DNA of 62,289 nucleotides, filler included, from Sluysia triapertura (Eukaryota), in NCBI GenBank assembly GCA_046118255.1. It is 5 parts of 5 records of this genome, joined end to end, with 100 filler letters (N's around TTAATTAATTAA, not from the genome) between each part and the next. Parts side by side here need not be neighbours in the genome. Positions count along the whole stretch, not along the records: positions 23,325 to 34,522 come from JBJNIA010187502.1; positions 34,623 to 48,831 come from JBJNIA010003448.1; 3 more parts are not named here. One strand, 5' to 3'. A program made the position numbers and the translations under genes. Under the pieces are notes generated by a model. The model saw only the letters and a list, made by a program, of their open reading frames with translations. It did not search any database and was not told the DNA's origin. Positions 23,325 to 37,600 of this stretch are shown piece after piece; positions within the stretch are counted from its first letter, which is position 1; each line of letters starts with the position of its first letter.

Positions 23325-26300
23325 TCCAGTTTGGAGGAAAATATTGCGTTTACCACTCTCAATATTGATGAGTTGCTGAACTTTTTTTGTCAATCTGACC
23401 TATAATCCAATATTTATCTAATTTCTTATACTAAATAGTATTGCAATGTTATGTATATAAGCAACAATTAACATCAGAAGGATAGTTGATTGGAAATTAA
23501 TCTCAATGTAGGAGTCGAAAAATTAGACGGATGTATTACGGTCAATATAAATAATAAAAGTGATGAGTCTGTAACTACTATTGATGATGTTGTTGTTGTT
23601 GTGGATGATGATGATAACAGTTACAAAATAAAATGTTAAAAAAATCTCAAGAGAAATAAATGGATTTTAGTGATTTCTGTATCGATTATATGTCGAATTT
23701 TGTTACTGTTCTTGTTTGTAAATTATATTTAGTTGTTTAGATTCACATTTATTTGCTAAAATTGGCAGTAAAGGATTTGTTTCTAGTTTTGAAATCGTTT
23801 TAAAAATATACACAATTAAATGATTAATAATAGTAAGCTGATTTATTTATTATGGCAAATTTATTTTAATATTTTATTAATAAGTTTAATAAATTCAAAA
23901 GCTAACAAAAATTCAAAAGATAAAATAGCCAAATTTAACTTTTAGTGTATGAATCTTAGATGTATCTAACATTTATAAATTTTTATAAAAAGTTATAACA
24001 ATTATGAATCACTAAGTCATATTTCTTATAAAACAAACGTCCCACAGACAATAGGATTGTTCATAAAAATGGTTTAGCGTTGAATTTAAAAAATTGGTTT
24101 CCGGTACACTGCAGTTTTTTTATTAATTTGTACACTAAAGGTTAATCCAATTATCTGTGTGTGAACAGATATAATTAAAAACAAAACCTTTAAACATAAC
24201 TGGTAATTATCTTAATTTATTATAATTATTTTTTGTCAAGTTAATATATAATTATATATATTCAAACTTAACTTAAAATGTGTTTTACTCACATCAATGA
24301 ATTAAAATTTAATTTGGATAGTATTTAACGTTATTAATTATAATACTGAAAATTTATCATTTATAATTATACCATAAGAGATTACTTAAAATTTACATAA
24401 TTATACCTTACTAGATTCAGTTATGTCTGATACGGTTTCATGAATTAAGTAATCATAATAATGAAATCCGTCAATATTTATAATTTGAGAAATTCTAAGA
24501 AAATCCATTTGGTAGACGACAGTCTATAAATAAATTATAGCACCGCTTAAATTTTCAACTTAACAATAAATAAAGAAATGCAAATCAATACATATAGTTT
24601 TATTAAATATGCATACAAATATATTGATCAAATTTTGATATCATTTGGTTACATAATTTTAAATATATGTTTTATTTATTATAGAACTTTTAGTAATGAA
24701 CAAATAATGTTAAAAGAAAAATTGCAACAAAAAAGACGTATTCATTGTTTTATGATAAGAATAAGTTTTCAAAAAAATGAATTATAAATTTTGAATTACT
24801 GAAGCTATTGTATTTTCAAATATATTCTAGGTTCATAATGGTTTTCTTGATATTCACCAATATTCCTACAGTGTTTTAAGACAGACCTATATTGAATGTG
24901 ATATTTTTAATAGTTGATTTTGAAGTATAGATGGGAACATTATCTTATTGAAAATGGCATGAGAGTAGTAATAGAATAATATCAATAAATTTATACTCAC
25001 TTTGATAAAATTATTTAATAATTATTTAATTATTTAGTCTTACTATGTAGCTTTTTTCAAACTAACATCTTTATAAAAATTGTTATCAGAAATGCTAAAA
25101 AGCCAATAAACTGCTTTTATAATTTTTTAACATATAAAATTTATCTATTTTTAAATGCTAAAAATGGCCATTTATTTGGATATATTAAATTATATTTTAG
25201 TAAGATTCATAATATAATAATTATTCTTAAATTTTGTAAGATTATCTTACGTATTTATAAAAGTTAAGTTAGATTATAATTTTAAATTCAATCTTATTCT
25301 AAATTTAATTTTATATTGTACAACTAAATAATAATAATAATAATTATAATAACAAAATTGTACAACCAAATAATACTTGTTTTATTAAATATTCCATTTT
25401 TATTTGATATAAATATAACTTGTGTTGTACTTAAATTATAATTTAATTACCCCACAGCTAATACGGTTAATTTTTTATGTGTAAAGTTAATTTCATTATA
25501 TGTATTATAATTTTAGTCGTGTCACCTATTTATTTGTTTTAATTTATGTATGTTTGCATTCATTTTTCAAGTTTATTTTATTAGAAGTAAATATTTTTTA
25601 TGTTCCTGTGAAGTTTATACGTTCCCTTCGGAGCCTTTTCTATTCCATAATTTTATCATTCTATTTCCGTTTTCTTTAGTTATTTCTAAAATTAAATGCT
25701 TCTATGGCATTATCTTTTTATTTTAATTATTCAATAAAATTATTTTATAATTTTTTAAAATTTTAAATTTCATATAATGAAAATTATATTATTGAATATT
25801 ACCACTGATTATACAACCTACTCTAATCTGTTAAACTAAGTTTTCAACAATTGTTTTACATGTTTCTTGTGAAATTTTTGATGCTGCCATTTGAATGAGA
25901 TTTATCAACTCTTGTTGAAAATCGTAAGGTTTCAATTATTGAAATTTTCATTTTTATAATATATAGTTCTAAGATAAGAATTTTACTTTAACGATATTTC
26001 AAAAGAAAATATTAAGAGTAAATCTAAAATAAATTTCATACTAAAAATATGTCGAAATAATATGATATTCTAGAATATTTTCTACTGACTCAAAAACAAA
26101 AAGTAAACCAAAAGACAACGTACTTTTCTGGGCATTTTTATTTCATACAATTAATTTGTTGATTGATGATGTCTGCATATTAAATTAAAGTGTTTAGATT
26201 TGATTTTAAAAGAAATTTAAATTTATATCTATTAATTTTTTAATAAAGTTTTTATCTGTCTTTTGATTTGAACCAATTAGAATTTTTAACCAAAAAATAA

Positions 26301-26474
26301 TTTGATAATTACTTATTATTATCTTCATAGTCAAAATAAATTTATCGCATATTAAATAAGAAAATTTAACATAAACTTATAATAATAAACTTATACTTAT
26401 AATAACATTAAAAACTTATGTTTCCTAAAATTTTCATATAAATCGAGGTATTTTAGTGATATAAAGATATAAAA

Positions 26475-26590
26475 CGGGATTCGAACCCGGGCCTTCTTAC
26501 ATCACAGATGTTCAGTTCGATGCTCTGACCTATGCAATATTTTATGTTATTATAGTCAATTATACTATTATTCTAAATGGCATTTTAGAA
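26475..26590 (-). mobile_element. tRNA-derived repeat, copy 2
   Basis: Minus strand carries a perfect B-box GGTTCGAATCCC and the same upstream AGTATAATTGACTAT leader as copy 1. Confidence 0.6.
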
Positions 26591-27714
26591 TAATAATTAA
26601 AACTTCCAAATTAAACTTACATACTAACTAATACTATGTAACCAAGCACGTTTATAACCTACCAGTGTAAATATACAATTTAAGAATTATACAATCTAAG
26701 AACTTATTTTGAAAGCACGCACTTCTTGCAAATCGATAATTACCGTTTCCCGAAGAGTTAATTAAAACATTTCAAGATACATTCTAAAATAAAACATTCC
26801 GTATAAAAAAATCGGAAAAATAACACACGATAGAAACAAAACTAACTTAAGATTAAGTTATTCTTAATATTAAATGAAATAATTTTTAGTAATTAATTTA
26901 TAGAGAAATCATAATTTTCTACTTTCTAGAAATAATTACTTAATTAGGCAAGCAAAAGAAAAACATTAAAATATACTTAAAGAAATTTTATTATTCTATT
27001 CATTGTCATATTGGTCTAATGTTCATTTTATTGTTGTCACTTACATTTTATAAATATAAACTTTATGAATATAATTTTTGTCGATATATTATTTTATTAT
27101 AAAAGTTTGAATTATACGAATGATGTTTAAACATTTAGAACAATGAAAAAACATTGCAATTTAAGTTGAAACTTAAACTGTAAACAATTATTTTTTATTA
27201 AATTTAACATGGCTCGATTAAAAACAATTAACAGAAAATTCTTGTGTACATTTAATATGCAAAATAAGATCTAGCGTAATGTTTTAGTATGATTTAATTT
27301 AAGCCCTGGTTGATTGCTGATTAGGATACCTAATAAAAGTCAATGAATGGTTTGAGACGGAGTTCATTGCATTCTTAGCATAATTAGCTTTAAATTACAA
27401 TACATTCTGAAATACTTTCATTGTCAAAGCATTCTGGTTGTGACTGTGACAGACTGTAACAAGATTCTGATTGTTGCGTAAGATTTTATTAGCATTTATC
27501 AAAGCATTTTTCCTTTGCCACACAATATCCACGAGGATGATTTAAAATAATGAAAATCAATTAAATTAAGAATGTTCATTGTAAAATAAATACGTTTGAA
27601 TGATTTATAGTTAGTGGTTTTTAAACATAAAACGTGTTATTTATTAGTAAATGTTTTATATGGTTAGAAATTTCATAATTCTCTAATTTGTAACTTTGTT
27701 TTTATCGTTAGATG

Positions 27715-27790
27715 AAAAATAAGACAACCCCCAAAAATAAACCCTAGTAAAAATTAATATAAGCCCTGTCTAATTTTGGGGAAAACATGG
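27715..27790. mobile_element. Degenerate pogo/Tc2-like transposon terminus
   Basis: AAAATAAGAC..AAAATAAACCCTAG..ATAAGCCCTGTCTAATTTTGGGGAAAACATGG; a possible partner end TA|CCGTTTCCCGAA lies at 26743. Confidence 0.45.
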
Positions 27791-28202
27791 AACATTTGGA
27801 ATAGTGAAACTCGAACAATTTTCAAAATATTGTAGCTTTTTTTGAAGTCATTATTAGATAGATTTGAGAGGACATATCTTCTTTTGAGAAAGTGTATTTT
27901 TTATCATGAGACTTTCTTCCAGCAATAGAAGAAAATATTTTTAAAGATTTATTAATGTATCGAAATAAAATTCGTAATGCGAATGAAGTGAGAAACAATG
28001 AATTAGAAAGTTTAGGTAGAAATATGCAACTTGTAAACTATTATTTATTAAAACCTTTAAAAATTTTAGTGTTTTGCTATTGGTAAAATGCTTTAGTAAT
28101 TCTAAGAATGTGTCGTGATTCAAAATCGTTTCAAAAACAATAATACACTTTTGAACATATACATAAAAATAATAATTCATATTCAATCACATTATCGTGC
28201 AC

Positions 28203-28203
<1 letters not shown>

Positions 28204-28263
<60 letters not shown>
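28204..28263. repeat. (ATT)n microsatellite
   Basis: Direct reading. Confidence 0.95.
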
Positions 28264-29083
28264 TTATTAATTTTTATTAAAGTTTTTTTTAGTTTTAATA
28301 TAACTTAATGTTCAAAATTATAATTTTTTGTAATGAATATTAAAACTGAACCTTTCAAATCATTGATAAAATTTTGGAAATTGAGTCTGAATCTAGTAAT
28401 ATTGTACTGAATTTAAAAAATCCAGATTTACAACTGAGTTTGATTTTAAATTATAATTTTAAATTTCACATAAGAATGACTGGTTTGGTAAATCTAGTGT
28501 TAATAGTGGTTTTAATACATTTTGTGTCACAAAATCAATTAATTCATACCATTATTATTCATTAAATCATTTCAACTCTAACAATATCGCCATTAAACAA
28601 TTTCATTGTATGGATCATCTACAAACTCAAAGATTTTATTTTTTTTATACAATATTAAAGTTATGTTAGCATAATTCATTAAATTCATTAAATACACATT
28701 CTCCACTCGCCACATAATACCGCTTCACAACAGAAAATCCACATGTTACACTATATCAAGAATTCACACCAAGTTCGTCAACAGATAAAATATGATAGCT
28801 AAAAGCCAAACACTAAGTACTAAATATAGAATAAACCATGCTACAACTTAATAACCTGTTAAAAAACCTTTAACTAAAGTGAAATTCAGAAATCATCTAA
28901 TAATAACATTTAATTAACTCAATATGTTATTTAATTTAGCAAACTATTCTACTTCAAACCATTTAAAATTAACGTGTATTAAACAATGATATTCTTATCT
29001 TTTAATATTCTACATTTTTGAAAAGTCATTCATATGGTTATAATTTTTAATGTCATATGAAACTGATTTTGTGTTACGTTATA

Positions 29084-29523
29084 CACCAATACCTCGCTTT
29101 GCGTCGTTTCATTTTGCATTTTTTCGAAGTTGCTTAATTAGTACTAATTTTCACTGTGCGTCGTCAGATTTTCGAGGTTACGTTGTTTTTGGTTCGAGTC
29201 TTTAATTTTTTTCTGAAAGATGGCACCACTTTTGTTTCTAATTGTGTCATGCCATCAAAACTCGAGGATTCCCTTTCTAACTGACAATCAATGCCATTTT
29301 AATACAGTTTTATTTTCACGTTGTTTTGCTAATTTTAGAGTTCAGTTTCAATTATGTAGTGTGTTGTGCTTTTTTAAAAGAGAATAATAAATTTTTATAA
29401 ATTTTTACGGGTTGTTTCTGGAACCTATCTTCGATCTTTACACGGTTTGCTATAGAAATTCTTAATTCACTTTGAGTCCTGTTTTTTTGGAACGTAACCA
29501 CGACACAAAGTGAGGTATTGGTG
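29084..29523. mobile_element. pogo/Tigger-like MITE
   Basis: TIRs CACCAATACCTCGCTTTGCGTCG and (reverse complement) CACCAATACCTCACTTTGTGTCG, with TA at both flanks. Confidence 0.85.
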
Positions 29524-31474
29524 TATATTGAATCATTTGTTAATGCTAGAGTACACTAAGTGTAGGTTGTTTGTGAAATCTCATAAAAAATATAAAATAA
29601 TACCGCCAAACATATACGAGATACAAAAAATTTACCTACAATATTTTTCTTACATCTTCACATCTTTATGTGCACTTACAGTTCTCCACATTTCCGATTA
29701 TCTTAAATTATAAATAGAATCAAATCGTTTTACTTTGCTTCATTACTATTCTGTCATCATGCTGCTATTGTTTTATTATTATTATTATTTTATGCATTTG
29801 TTATCCGGTATTTTATCATTATTCCGCATTGTTGTGTTATTATCCAGAAAGTCATTATAATGATGGTAAACTTCGTGTAGAGACAGAATTTTACTGATAC
29901 GTTACTAATGAACAAACTAAAGACATTTTAATGATGGAATACACATCAATTTCAATAACGTGTACAAAATAATTTCTTGAACATTAATTTGATGTAGAAA
30001 TTCAACTTTATAAATAAAAAAATTAATTAAAACTAATGATTGTACGTTATCTACGCCGACATATTTCGTATTTTCTGGTCATTCATAAAACTAACAAATT
30101 TCTTCATATATGCTGCTTTCTCATATGCAGCATACACAAAGTTATTGATTTAATACTATCTTCAAATAATTTTAATTAAATCAATTAATTAATGTAATTA
30201 TATTTGAAAACAGATAAAACTTTGGTTCCTTCTCTTTTCAAACTTCGATACCCTTACATATATTTCATACTTTAACAATCTTTATGTTTTATAACTTTTT
30301 TTCCTACCATACAGTCTTTACACGTTTCAGCATTAAGAATATTTCCCTTTTAAGCTTGTATAAAATGAGGAAGTTGAAAGTTTAATTTGGAATTCCAATT
30401 AATTGATTTTATAAAAAGTTTACATGTTTTTGATATAGTTTTATCCGAAAAATAGGTATTATTAGCACCATTTTCGATGGTAGTGGTATTAATTAACAAT
30501 ATGTTATTATAAAAGTTTATTAAATATTATAATTATAAAATATTATGAAAATTATTTTAGTCATTATTGAATTAATTTATTTTAATATATAAATTTTTAA
30601 TATGTAATTTTATAGATATATAAATATATAAAATATATAAAATATATAAAATATAAATATATAAATATATAAAATATTCAAAAATAGTGTTTTTTTTGTT
30701 ATCGAATTTTGAATACAACTGAAATTTAAAAAATGTATTTCAATTTAAGAATTTTTTCACTTTTTATTTCTTTTATTTCTGATTCATTAATAAAATTTGA
30801 AATGTGAATGATTTAAAATGATTCATTATGATAATGATCAATTGAGAAAATTTATTTTGCAGAAATAATATCATCATTTTATTTAGTTGCAATAAAGAAT
30901 GTTAAGAATTATATGTTAAGCTTATTAAATAATTTTCTGAGTCAACAAATTTAAAATTAAATACTTATATATTTAATACATTTTTATTGTGCATATAATG
31001 TGATGTTTGTATTTATATATTTATATCAAACATATTACATTGTGTTTATGTATTTTGATGATAAAAAATATTTACAAAATAGAGAAATGATGAAAAATTT
31101 ATATGCAAATTTAATTAAACTTAGTATTGGTTCTTAAGTATGTCAATAACTTTAAATTGTGATCTCTAGGGTTTTTCGATAACACAAGATGGCTTAGAAA
31201 TTAAAGAAAAACGACAATTTTTAATGTAAGAAGTGTATATTTGTTATACTAAGATAGAATAAAAAATATAATGAATATTGAAAATATACAACATCTATTA
31301 ATTAAATATGCAACTTTATTAGTTAACCTTTAGTATACCAATTCATAAAACTACAAAGTGTGATGGAAACCAATTTTTTAAACATTAACCATTTTTTAAA
31401 TTTTATAAATGTGCTAAATTGTCAACACAACCTTCTAAAAAAAGGAAAATAAAATTTCGAAAAAAGAAAATTCG

Positions 31475-31533
31475 CTTCTAGAATGTTCTAGAACGTTTCA
31501 TCGATTTCCATCGGCTAATGACTAGTATATAAA
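31475..31533 (+). promoter_or_regulatory. Heat-shock element array plus TATA box within a dispersed repeat (copy 1; homology extends to about 31910)
   Basis: cTTCt-aGAAt-gTTCt-aGAAc at 31475-31494 and TATATAAA at 31526-31533. Confidence 0.6.
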
Positions 31534-33654
31534 TTAGCATCAGTTTAATGATAATTGCCATTTTGAAAATTCACATTTGTCATTTTAAAATATTTAGTTT
31601 TTATTTTATTATTAATTTTTGAAAAATTTCAAAATGTTGCCATTTTTTTTGATTTTAAGTTTTTCTTTGACAGTCAATTTGGAAAAACAACAATTTTAAA
31701 TACAGGATAATTTATTGGCATGAGAACCATCTTTCTATTGATAATTTTATGATTTTTTAGAGGTTAAGAATTAAGTATTCGTTGGTAATTATTAAATTAT
31801 CATGTTACAGGAATGCCAATTATAAGTCTTAAGTCGTTTGATGTAACGGAACCCTGCTCAAAAAAGTTTTGCTGTAGGTTAGTTGTTAGAAGTATCACAG
31901 CAAATGTTAGATATAAATATAGTATTCGTCTATTTAGACAATTAATTTAAATGTTAGATATATCTAACATTCGTACACTAAATGTTAATGAAAATTTTTA
32001 GATAGATTTGTATTTTTAAAATTTGTTATTGATCTGTTTTCTGTCGAATCCAAAACGATGCTGATAATTTATTATAAGAACCTTGTAAAATATAAATTTC
32101 TGGATTAATAAATTATTATCATGATTGTTATCGTAAATATAATTAATTGTAAGAGTGATATTATTATAAATGTTGGATAGTTTGATATTTATTTTCATTT
32201 TTAGTTTGCTTTCACCAGAAAAGTGCAGTTTGTATAATTTTTGCAATATAATGTAATAATTTTTTCAAACATTAATTGTTCGTTTTAAATTTCATAAAAG
32301 ATTCAATTTTGTTTAAACATGTCTTGTCTTGATTTGTAAGCATTACTGATGAATGTTCATCTTTAGTTTGTAATATAGAAAAATGTGATGATAAAATAGA
32401 TAATAATTAAGGGTAAAATAAATTATTGATTATTGGCACTGATGTGTGATATGTTTATTTAAATAAATAGAGGGAACGAGAAAAAGTACATTTGTTAATT
32501 AATTTATAAAAACATTTCCATATGAGACAATTACATAAATAATGAAAAATAATGAGCAACATCGAAATTATACGAAACATGTTGATAGCGTAAAGCAGTT
32601 AATTTTAATTAATTTTCTTATTGATAAATGCTAAATTTTGTGATACAGTGATCATACACGTAGTAAAAGTGCATATCGAATTAACTTTCACTAAGAGATC
32701 ATTTTTCCCTATGATAACCTTATTAATTAAGACAAATTCTTGTACAATCTCATTTTTGTTATGAAATTACACAATTAATATTGCTATAAGATGATTGGAA
32801 TCTTTTTGATTAATTTCCTTATTGTGATTAGATGATGAACCTTAACCGAATACTGAATTTATTTAATTTATTTGTAATTTTTGTACTAACATTTAAACAT
32901 GCCTAAACATCATATATTTGCTAATTTATATTGATTTATTAAGTTATTATTGATTTTTTTGGTGTGCTGAAGTTAAATTCGAATTTGTTTAATTTTGCTA
33001 TAGAATTGTTTTTATTAAGGTGTAAATTTATGCTTTTCAAAAGACTGAAGAATAATAACAATAACAATAATAATGTCATTATATTATTGTTATAAGAATA
33101 CAATGTCATTTTAGGCAAATAAAATTTTTTTAGTTTTATATTATGTACATATTTTTTTAATTGATTGCAACAATTATCTGAATGTTTATATTAGTTATTA
33201 AATAGATCGAAAACTTAATATATAAATTTTTATTATATTGGTCCCTATGGAAACAGTCTAAATCATACAATTTAAATCATTCTTATTCTTTCAACTTTCA
33301 TTTTACACCTTCTATGCATTTAAACACATTTAATAACAGTTTTATCCTTATAATAATTATAATAATAATAATTATTATTATAATTATAATTATTATTATC
33401 ATTATTGCAAAATAAGACTAATACTTACACCAAAATTATTCTATCAGAGTAATTTATGATAAAGGTTCATTTTCTGGTCTAATTAAATTGATTAAAACGG
33501 TACATAGTTCACGGGAAAGAGAACTTATAAAAAGAAGTTAAATGTTCAAGAAGTATAAAATTTTGAACGAATTTAAGTTAAAAATAAGTCGAATGTAATT
33601 TGAATGTAATTTGGAAAACTAATAAGTAGAAAATGATTACTCTAAATCCTAAAG

Positions 33655-33747
33655 CCCGGGACCACTTGCTGCGCAATTCGATGCTCTACCACCTGAGCTA
33701 TCAGCCTCGTCTAACAATTTTAGATTATTATATTCAATTATACTAAA
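33655..33747 (-). mobile_element. tRNA-derived repeat, copy 3
   Basis: Minus strand: AGTATAATTGAATATAATAATCTAAAATTGTTAGACGAGGCTGATAGCTCAGGTGGTAGAGCATCGAATTGCG. Confidence 0.6.
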
Positions 33748-34522
33748 TCCAAACACTGATTTGAACTTGTACTTATCGTTGTGCCTTTGGATTAAATTAT
33801 AAAAATCCATTAGTAGCATTTTAATGAAAAGATTTAGTTATCTATCTTTCACAGAAAATGGGTAAGGTCTATTTCTTTTGGGATTACTCCGTTAGTGTAT
33901 AGAAAATAGGTTAAAAGGATAGAGAATTTAAAATATATGAAAAGTGATATAAATATCGGAAATATGATAATGCAAACATAATTAAATATGAATAATGAAC
34001 AATAAAATGTTTATAATCATTTTGAAACCAAAGAATACCTTGGAGTTCGAAAGACCTTTGTAAGGTATTGAGATCCTTATGAGGACTTAGGCAAGGTTTG
34101 GAAAGAGGTCTTAAAATATGAAGATACCCTTGAACGTCTGAACCTTGGGATCATTTTAGACCTTGTTGACCTTTTGTAACATTTGAAACCTTAACAAACT
34201 TTTAAGATATTCGAATAACCTTTAAATTGTTTGGAACCTTTAAATGTTTCAAAGATTAAAATCATGGTTAATAATATTAAAGATAAATTTGATACATTAA
34301 TATTTAAAATGAAAAAGTAGAAAAGTGAAGGTGAAAACATCTAGAGCCTTCTGAGTACCTTACAAAGTATTTAACAACTTTATAACCATGAAAAAACCCT
34401 TAAACTTAAAATAAAATAAGTAAAAATAAATAAATAATTAAATAATTGTTAATTTCAAAAGGACCAATCTATTAAAAAAGGAAAAAATCACGTTAGATAA
34501 TTATTATTAAGACAAGATATTA

Positions 34523-34622
34523 NNNNNNNNNNNNNNNNNNNNNNNNNNNNNNNNNNNNNNNNNNNNTTAATTAATTAANNNNNNNNNNNNNNNNNNNNNN
34601 NNNNNNNNNNNNNNNNNNNNNN
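34523..34622. other. Artificial assembly linker
   Basis: 100 bp N/TTAATTAATTAA/N. Confidence 0.97.
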
Positions 34623-37600
34623 CTTGGAAAGAAGATTTTATTAGATGATCTAAATTCGAATGGAAACCAAATTATTAGACCTCTTTTAAAATTTACCAAA
34701 TACAAAATATACCAAATACGAAGCTGATTCACACCTCGTACTTTTACTAGTCAAATATATGAACTATTTCATCAACCAATTAATGAAATTTGATATGTAG
34801 ATATTACAGTAACAATGAATCGCGCCAATTTATTGGATTCATCTAGAATGCGCTCATACGTGAAGCATTGAGAATAAAATGTGTAATTACTATAAATATT
34901 GAAAGGGAAGTTAAAATAGATGAGATGAAGAAGACGAAATAAAATTATTATTTGAGTTGCATAATCATTAATTATTTATATGTTTTATCATGAATTTTTA
35001 GTTTTGATTATAATAAAGTTTTATATGAATACCATTCCATGACCATTGATTTCCAATTTTATGCAATTTTTAATGTCAAATTTAAAAGCTATTTTTGATG
35101 ATTGTATAATTTTGTTAACTACAGACCTTAAGTCTGTTCATAAAGTTTTCAATCTTAGATTTTAGACTTTAATTTTATCAAGTCTAAAGTAAATATAATT
35201 TTCAAATGCATAGTAAGGTCGAACAAAGTCCTAAAATTACTTTATATGAAACGTGATAGTAAAGTTAGAGTTTATATTATTTATTTAATACAGTTTAAAG
35301 ATTACAAAAACAACCTTAGGAAGTCACCTTGCGAAAGATCAATATGTCATGAGCATGTTACGTCAAATACTTGCCAGTCTTTCGTCCACAACCAGTAATA
35401 ACTATGACTCCAAGTCTGTTCACATCATTTGAATTAAAATTCTGCCTTTTCAAATCAGTTAACATAGTCTTTAGTAATCTATTTTTCAACAACTCTTTGA
35501 CATCAATTAATCGAAGTTCGTATAGGATATTCTAAATAACCTTTTCAGTTAACATTTTTTCAATATTACCTTTATAATACTATAGAAACAACACAACGCA
35601 TAAATCTTTTCAAACGACATTATACAAGAATCCAGTGATTTTTACCAATCCAACTCTTACAGTTTCAACTTAACAGGTTTCGACCACTCTGCATCACAAG
35701 ATCCAAAGGCACGTAAACCGTACGCTTCGAAAACCTCAACTTTACAAAAAATTTATCATGATGGTTAAAAAATTATTTGATAATAGTTAAAGTATTGTAA
35801 CAATTTAAATAATTAACAGCCACCGATTATCAAACTAAATCAGAATAATTTTAGAGAATTAAAAGAAAAAGTTGTATAAAGTTTACGAATGAGTCATTAA
35901 TTATTAGAAATCCTAGACTAAGTTTAAAGTTTGTAAGTCTAAGTTTAATTTAAAGTAATGACATAAATTTGTGATATAATGAATAAAGTAATTTTAATTT
36001 TAAATAATTTGTTGAATTTTTTATGCCAAAGTTGTCCTAACGGCGGCCTGTGGAATTAAGTTCTGCAGAAATAAATTATTCTGGCCTGTGAAAAAGTATG
36101 CAAAAGTATCTCGAAGATTGTACGGAAAAAGTATAATTTTTTTAAAATAAACTCGAAATATACGCAATTTGTAAAATTATATTAAAATATTTTGAGTTTG
36201 TTCAAATATTTCGTTTAATGAAATTAAATTTTTAATTCAATCTACAATATACAGATTCATCAGATCAGTTACTTTTTTTCTTGAAGGAGATAGACATTAA
36301 CAATACAAAGTACGAAATGTTAATGGAAATAAGATTTATTTGTATACTTTTGTAATACTATTGAAAACTTTGATTTTCTTGTGGGGTAAAATAACTTCAA
36401 TTATAAGGATGACAGAAACTACATAACCTACGAAAACTCCAAAATTTCTTTATTAGCTTTAATTTTAGCCGTACAATTTGAAATCTATCTATAAATAAAT
36501 TATTATACTTTATGGTTACAGATTTTCGGTACAATTTTCCGAAAGTCACATTTAACATTAAAACTTTAACATTCAATTGCGGTATTGTGTGAAATCTTAA
36601 TTCAAATTTATATTTATTTCTAAACTTGAATATGATAGTAGTCAGTTTTACGCGTTCCTGTAATTAAAAATGTCGGTCTTTAATGAAATAATTTTTGCTA
36701 ATTTTAATTGCACATTTTCTGGTTATGATATATTTTGATGTATTCGCTAGAATGAATGCGGTTATTCATAATTAATAGATCAAATGTTTCAACAAGTTAG
36801 ATAATGTTGTTTAATTTAATTAAATAATTACGCGGTATTGTAATTATGTTAGTTCACAGCGCAAAACATAATTTCAAATGGTTAAGTTATCTTTTGGCAT
36901 AATTTTTTGAAGTATTGATTATACATTTAAATTAAATCTTAAATATTGAAATAATTCAATTAATTTAGTTATATTTAAACTGTTAGTAGATCATCAATTT
37001 GTATCTCTCACATTGCTTAACTTTCTCATTTTATAAATATTCATGTTTACCGATTGCTTCTAATTGAATATTTGTTAATTTTAGTACATGTACGTATTTA
37101 ATAAATATTTTGTCAATTTAAAATGTGTATATTATTATTATTATTATTATTACTAATATAGTGCTTTATGAATTCGGTATTACAATGTCTCAGTAATTCC
37201 AAACCTCTTCAGGATTATTGCTTGAGTGGTAGATATGATAATGATATTAATATAAATGCTAAATCTCATGGTGCTCTCATGAAGTGTTAGTGATATAATT
37301 TTAAAAGTTATTTAAATAACTGAGTGTTTAAAATATGCTAATTTATTTTTAAGACTGAATCTTAAAATTACATTAACCTTTTAAGGTATAGACAAAGATA
37401 AGGGTTAAAAAAGAGCGCACCAGAGTCAACTTGGTCAATCGTGAAATTTTTGTTACCATTGTGTATTTGCCCGAAAAAACTCGGAAGAAAATATACAAAA
37501 ATATATGATATTGTAAATATTGTAGAAAACAATTTGGAAATAAAAACATAAATAAATTTTGAGTACCACAAATATTGTTAAAAGAATAAAAATATATTAA

